This document shows positions 59,412 to 64,000 of a DNA stretch of 64,000 nucleotides, piece by piece. Within the stretch, counting starts at the first letter, position 1. The number at the start of each line of letters is the position of its first letter. The DNA lies in contig OZ242029.1 in assembly GCA_965205015.1 (NCBI GenBank), positions 3,424,001 through 3,488,000 on the forward strand. Reading direction: 5' to 3'. Source of the DNA: Candidatus Poribacteria bacterium (GTDB taxonomy: Bacteria > Poribacteria > WGA-4E > WGA-3G). Made by a program: the position numbers and the translations under genes. The notes beneath the pieces are model-generated. The model worked only from the letters and a program-made list of their open reading frames with translations. It made no database searches and had not been told where the DNA came from.

Positions 59412-61864
59412 AGCACTTTTATCCCCATCATTTTCAAATGTGCCGCAACTTTTGTGCTATAGCCATCTACTGCCTGCTCCAAAGCCGACAACGGATTCGC
59501 GTAACGTTCTTCCAACTCCTTCACGCGTTCTGTGAGCACCTGAGTCAACCGCTGGACTTCCCCCTTAATCGCTGCGTGAATACTGGCGAACCACTTATCC
59601 GCAACCACAAGTATCTTGATGTCATTCTCAGTGAGCGTAGCGTAGCGCGCCAGCACCTGTTCATCGAGCGCGAGTTGAACATCTTTTATCGCTTTGTCTA
59701 CTTTCGACTTTGCATCGAGTAGCGATAGGCAGTGCTCAAGGGCATCCCGTTCATCGTCGTTGTCTTGTGTCTCGTGAAGAGTGAGCATATCGAGAGCAAG
59801 TGTCTTGAGTCGTGCCTTCACACTGCTGGCGGTGATATTATCACTATTGTTAGTTGCATCTGTGAGCAATCCCTCATCACCGGTGTGTTCCTCGATGTAT
59901 TCCTCTAACGCACTCACAGCCGCCGCTTGCCTCGCTTGCAACATCTCAATAGCTTCCTGCTCAGCCGGGAAATAGCGTGCTGCGATCAAGGCAGGCGGAA
60001 TCAGGTCCATCTTATATTTCTTTTTTTTAATGACAAGGTCGGGAGTCTCCTTCACCTGTCTGTCCTGAATCACTTCGCGCGGTTTTGCAGCTTCAACCCA
60101 TCCATCCGCAGCGATGAGATAAACGTCATCTTGCATCACCTCGTCCCAATAGTCCATCAGTTTCTGATAGACATCATAAGGATCGAGCAGCGGCAGTTCT
60201 GTGAACCTCTCTAACAGATCCTCTGAGAGCGTTTGAATGATTTCTCTCGGAGAAGCGTCAACCGCAATACCTGTCAGGAGAGGTTCGTGTAACTCGCGCC
60301 ACACCTGAAAGATAGTATCGACCTGCTGTTGATAAGTGTTGAATTCGGGATGCGTGAGGATAGTCGTTTTTACGTGCTGTGTTTCTACGAGTGGATCGCT
60401 ATAGCCGGGTCTACCGTTGGACCTGAACAAGGCGTTACGCAGTGTCGGAAAGACCTTCCAATAGTCGTTGAGTGCGTCGATATCGGTATCGGGAATACCA
60501 CCGTTGAGGTGTGCACCGAGGTCGTGCAAGTCTTCAGGTTCACTCGCATCAATATAGCGTGGGATATTCAGGTTATAGGCGTTGGCGGCATCAGCGATTT
60601 CAGAGAGTGGGACCATACGCGCGTAGCGCGGTAATTCCGTCTGTGCATTAAACACGGAAACGATTTTATGGATGTCCTGTGCGCGGAGTCGGTTTTTGTT
60701 GCCATCCTTAAGGAACCCTTTACTTGCATCAATCATAAAGAGACCAGTGCGATGTGTGGCGTTCTCCTTGTCAATAACAAGAATACAGGCAGGAATCCCA
60801 GTGCCGTAGAACAGGTTCGCGGGTAGACCGATGATGCCCTTGATATAACCGCGGCGGATAAGCTCCCTGCGAATGTCTGCCTCTCGGTTGCCGCGGAATA
60901 GCACGCCATGGGGTAAGATGATGGCACCTTTGCCCCTGCTTTTGAGGGACATAATGAAGTGGAGCAAAAAGGCATAATCGCCATTTTTCGCGGGCGGAAC
61001 CCCGTATTCAAAACGGTTGTAAACGTCATTCTCAGGGGTGAGTCCGTTGGTCCACGCTTTGTCCGAGAAAGGTGGATTGGCGACAGCGAAGTCGAAGGTT
61101 TTGAGACTATTATCCTCCGTAAAATCGGGTGTGGCGAGTGTGTTCCCGTGCCGTAGGTCCGCGGTGGCGTTGTCGTGGAGGATCATGTTCATACAGGCGA
61201 GTGCGTATGTGGCATTGTCCTTTTCTTGTCCGTAGATACTCAACCCGCGGGGTGCGGCATCAGCAGCCCGGAGCAGGAGTGAGCCGGAGCCGCAGGCAGG
61301 GTCGTAAATCGTTTCATCCTGCTGGGTGTTGGGACCGATACCGATGACCTGTGCCATGATACGGGAGACCTCAGCCGGTGTATAGAACTGCCCTTTGCTC
61401 TTACCGGATTCGGTGGCGAAGTGCTGCATGAGGTATTCGTAAGCATCGCCTAAGAGGTCGTCGCCTTCCACCCGATTCGCACGGAAATCGAGGCTCTCGA
61501 AGATGGCGACGAGTTTTGAGAGCCGATCCTGCATCTCTTTGCCTCTGCCGAGTTTACTGTCGTCGTTGAAATCCGCCTGATCGATGATGCCTTTGAGTTC
61601 GTTCTCCTCGGCGAGTCTTCCGATGATTTTGTTAATTTTGTCTCCGATCTCTTTATCGCCTTTGAGGTTGACCATATCGGCGAATCCACCGCCTTCGGGG
61701 ACAAAGATGAGCGAGTCGGGATCGCTGGCGGCTTTGTCGGAGACGTATTTCATGAAAAGAAGAGTCAAGATGTAATCTTTGTATTGGGAGGCATCCATCC
61801 CGCCGCGGAGTTCGTCGCAGCTTTGCCAAAGCGAAGCATAGAGTTGTGATTTCTTTATCGCCAT
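59408..61864 (-). CDS. hsdM: Type I R-M methyltransferase subunit M
   Basis: LWQSCDELRG, GQFYTP, YDPACGSGSLL, ANPPF, LPHGVLFRG. Confidence 0.96.
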   Translation of the reverse strand: MAIKKSQLYASLWQSCDELRGGMDASQYKDYILTLLFMKYVSDKAASDPDSLIFVPEGGGFADMVNLKGDKEIGDKINKIIGRLAEENELKGIIDQADFNDDSKLGRGKEMQDRLSKLVAIFESLDFRANRVEGDDLLGDAYEYLMQHFATESGKSKGQFYTPAEVSRIMAQVIGIGPNTQQDETIYDPACGSGSLLLRAADAAPRGLSIYGQEKDNATYALACMNMILHDNATADLRHGNTLATPDFTEDNSLKTFDFAVANPPFSDKAWTNGLTPENDVYNRFEYGVPPAKNGDYAFLLHFIMSLKSRGKGAIILPHGVLFRGNREADIRRELIRRGYIKGIIGLPANLFYGTGIPACILVIDKENATHRTGLFMIDASKGFLKDGNKNRLRAQDIHKIVSVFNAQTELPRYARMVPLSEIADAANAYNLNIPRYIDASEPEDLHDLGAHLNGGIPDTDIDALNDYWKVFPTLRNALFRSNGRPGYSDPLVETQHVKTTILTHPEFNTYQQQVDTIFQVWRELHEPLLTGIAVDASPREIIQTLSEDLLERFTELPLLDPYDVYQKLMDYWDEVMQDDVYLIAADGWVEAAKPREVIQDRQVKETPDLVIKKKKYKMDLIPPALIAARYFPAEQEAIEMLQARQAAAVSALEEYIEEHTGDEGLLTDATNNSDNITASSVKARLKTLALDMLTLHETQDNDDERDALEHCLSLLDAKSKVDKAIKDVQLALDEQVLARYATLTENDIKILVVADKWFASIHAAIKGEVQRLTQVLTERVKELEERYANPLSALEQAVDGYSTKVAAHLKMMGIKVL

Positions 61865-61894
61865 ACCTGAATCCTTTCTTGGGGTATTGGGGGA

Positions 61895-61923
61895 AGTATA
61901 CCAAAGGCGACTGATTAAGTCAA
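61895..61923 (-). promoter_or_regulatory. hsdM promoter
   Basis: TTGACT-N17-TATACT. Confidence 0.65.
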
Positions 61924-62060
61924 CGGGTTTAGGTGGGTGTTAGGGAGTCATTCAGTTTTCGGTTTTCTGGTTGTTTTGGGCAGAGTATCGCGACCGGGAG
62001 GTCACTCCTACAGCAGAGGACTCAAGCAGAGTCGTGTATGATTATCTCTGCCCGTCTTTT

Positions 62061-62375
62061 TTAGAGGTTTAGCCATTGACGCACAGCATCTTCAACTGTG
62101 GATAATTGCGCAGGCTGAAGATTTCCCAATTTTCTCAAGAACTTTGCTTCTGATACTGTGACCAGACTTTGTGCATCGAAAACACCGGTATCCAGAAATC
62201 TCGTTTTTATAGGGATTTCAAATCTTGAACCACGCGCGCTCGTTGTATGCGTGACAACGGTGACGAGCGCGCGATCTTGGAGACGAGCAGGGATGCTAAT
62301 GACGAGGCAAGGTCTGACCTTGGCTACCATTCCGAGATCAACTCACCAGACTTCCCCTCGATTTTGCTTCGGCAT
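62061..62375 (-). pseudogene. mazF: PemK/MazF toxin with a premature TGA at codon 11
   Basis: MPKQNRGEVW*VDLGMVAKVRPCLVIS...; TGA at 62345-62343. Confidence 0.8.
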
Positions 62376-62559
62376 CCTCTGTCTCCATTTTGTCGTGTTC
62401 AGCGAAAAGTGCGTCAGCAATTTCCGTGAGTGCCTCGTCTGTCAAGGGTGGAATCTCCAGCAAAGCTACTTGCTTTATGATTTCAGAGGCGATCGCATGT
62501 TTTTCAATCTCAGGAAGTTGATTGAATGCTTCTAATATGTTCTGTGAGGTTGCATGCAT
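62338..62559 (-). CDS. Putative antitoxin
   Basis: Small acidic ORF upstream of and overlapping the toxin; GGAGG RBS. Confidence 0.7.
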   Translation of the reverse strand: MHATSQNILEAFNQLPEIEKHAIASEIIKQVALLEIPPLTDEALTEIADALFAEHDKMETEDAEAKSRGSLVS

Positions 62560-62579
62560 CCGGGACCTCCATAAATCCG

Positions 62580-63635
62580 CTACCAGTCCTCATCAAAGAA
62601 CGGAGTGCTGGGGTAGCTATAGACGTTGCCTTCGTAGTTGCGGAGTTGAATCTCGTCGTCATCGAAGGCGACAATTGGATCCGGGATCAGCGCAATTTTT
62701 CCGCCGCCACCGGGGGCATCCACAACGTAATGCGGCACACCGAGCCCAGAGATATGTCCGCGCAACGCCGCGACGATATCTAAACCCGCCTGGACCGCCG
62801 TCCGGAAATGGTCGGTACCCACGATAAGATCCGCTTGATAGATATAGTAGGGCTTGACTCGGATACGCAACAACCCTTTCATCAGTTCCACCATCACGTC
62901 GGGATCGTCGTTCACACCTTTCAGGAGTACTGCCTGGTTACCGAGGGGGATGCCTGCATCGGCTAACATGCCGCACGCCTTCTCGGTTTCAGGTGTAATC
63001 TCGCGGGGATGGTTGAAATGGGTGTTGATATAGAAGGGATGATACTGTTTCAGGATCGCACACAGCTCGGGCGTGATACGTTGCGGCAGCGTTACCGGAA
63101 CACGCGAACCGATCCGAATGATTTCCAAATGTTTAATCGCTCGGAGTCCCCCGACAATCATGTCAATTTTCTTATCCGTCAACATGAGCGGATCGCCACC
63201 GGAGATGATGACATCACGGATCTCTGGATGCGCCTGAATATAGGCGAGTCCTGTCTCAATGTTATCTTCGGAAATGGAGTGTGGGTCCCCGACTTTCCGT
63301 TTCCGAGTGCAGAAACGGCAATAGATGGGACACATGTAATTGACATAGAAGAGTGCGCGATCGGGGTATCGATGCGTTACGTTTGGCACTTCGCTGTCGT
63401 CTTCTTCGTGAAGTGGGTCCTCTACACCGGTACTTATCAATTCTCTTGGGTCGGGAACGACCTGCTTCCAAATCGGATCACCGGGTTCTTCTATGAGACT
63501 CAGGTAATACGGATTGATGCGGATCGGGAACTCTTTGTGAATCCGCCGCATCTCCTCTAAGTCAACATCGAATGCGGCGGCAAGTTTTTCTGGGGTGTTG
63601 ACAGTATCTCTAACAAGACGTTTCCATTCTTCCAT
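62580..63635 (-). CDS. KamA-family radical SAM enzyme (lysine 2,3-aminomutase-like)
   Basis: HRYPDR, CPIYCRFCTRKR, SGGDPL, NQAVLLKGVND, DAPGGGGK. Confidence 0.92.
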   Translation of the reverse strand: MEEWKRLVRDTVNTPEKLAAAFDVDLEEMRRIHKEFPIRINPYYLSLIEEPGDPIWKQVVPDPRELISTGVEDPLHEEDDSEVPNVTHRYPDRALFYVNYMCPIYCRFCTRKRKVGDPHSISEDNIETGLAYIQAHPEIRDVIISGGDPLMLTDKKIDMIVGGLRAIKHLEIIRIGSRVPVTLPQRITPELCAILKQYHPFYINTHFNHPREITPETEKACGMLADAGIPLGNQAVLLKGVNDDPDVMVELMKGLLRIRVKPYYIYQADLIVGTDHFRTAVQAGLDIVAALRGHISGLGVPHYVVDAPGGGGKIALIPDPIVAFDDDEIQLRNYEGNVYSYPSTPFFDEDW

Positions 63636-63711
63636 ATATGATGTCCATCCTTTCCAAATTTCCACTTAAAGGTACTACTACTGTTTCAAGTTTGCGTTTG
63701 AGGGTAGGTTC

Positions 63712-63765
63712 GTAGTCGTGCGATTTATCGCACGGCCTGAAAGCGCAATGAATTGCGCGACTACA
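63712..63765. repeat. Inverted GTAG REP pair
   Basis: GTAGTCGTGCGATTTATCGCACG ... GCGCAATGAATTGCGCGACTAC; same family as 57755-57815. Confidence 0.8.
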
Positions 63766-63802
63766 AACCAGATTTACCTTCAATTTAAAACTGGATAAAG
63801 TC

Positions 63803-64000
63803 TTACGGTGCTACTGCGTAATTTTCGATCGTCACTCTGTCCATAACATCACGTTCACGGAGTGCGTCTACTACATCCAGTCCTTCAATAACTTTGCCAA
63901 ACGTGGTGTAGCTGCCGTTTAGATGTGCATAAGGTGTTGGATCTGAACTGATGCAAATATAAAATTGGCTTCCAGCGGAGTCAGGGTTCTGTGTCCGTGC
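63803..64000 (-). CDS. Cyclophilin-type peptidyl-prolyl isomerase (3' part)
   Basis: Manual translation: ART..PDSAGSQFYIC...HLNGSYTTFGKVIEGLDVV. Confidence 0.88.
   Translation of the reverse strand, partial: ARTQNPDSAGSQFYICISSDPTPYAHLNGSYTTFGKVIEGLDVVDALRERDVMDRVTIENYAVAP

Noticed and set aside
62343-62345. Selenocysteine or recoded UGA in mazF
   Set aside because: The position is not a catalytic Cys site, no SECIS-like hairpin is evident, and TGA is a normal stop elsewhere in the window.

Overview
A 64-kb bacterial window that looks like Candidatus Poribacteria (a sponge symbiont). This is inferred from its C-terminal motifs (NYPNPFNPETWIPY...TRKMLIRK and TTWAALK) and a WD40-cohesin-dockerin protein. 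Ordinary content includes a DegT aminotransferase, an ElbD-like ether-lipid megaenzyme with a HAD phosphatase, a cNMP-PP2C phosphatase, an O-antigen ligase, an MFS transporter, VWA/DUF4159/DUF4175 genes, PhoX, an SPFH protein, KamA and a cyclophilin. Defence content includes an MTase-HNH fusion, a type I R-M locus carrying DUF4062 and ABC-ATPase-TOPRIM genes, and a MazF toxin with a premature stop. The most striking region is 23.5-26.8 kb, where mobile elements are nested. An IS3/IS150 remnant holds an ORF-less group II intron (EBS1/IBS1 pairing visible, catalytic triad damaged). Next to it, a tnpB-only IS200/IS605 element has inserted exactly between the RBS and ATG of a secreted-protein gene (inferred TAM TTCAT) and carries a pseudoknotted 5' leader RNA. 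A second left end of the same family precedes a His-rich secreted-protein gene that may be cargo. Many palindromic repeats sit in-frame inside proteins, and a sensor-less sigma-54 activator has phased enhancer repeats. All calls come from reading the sequence; no searches were run.
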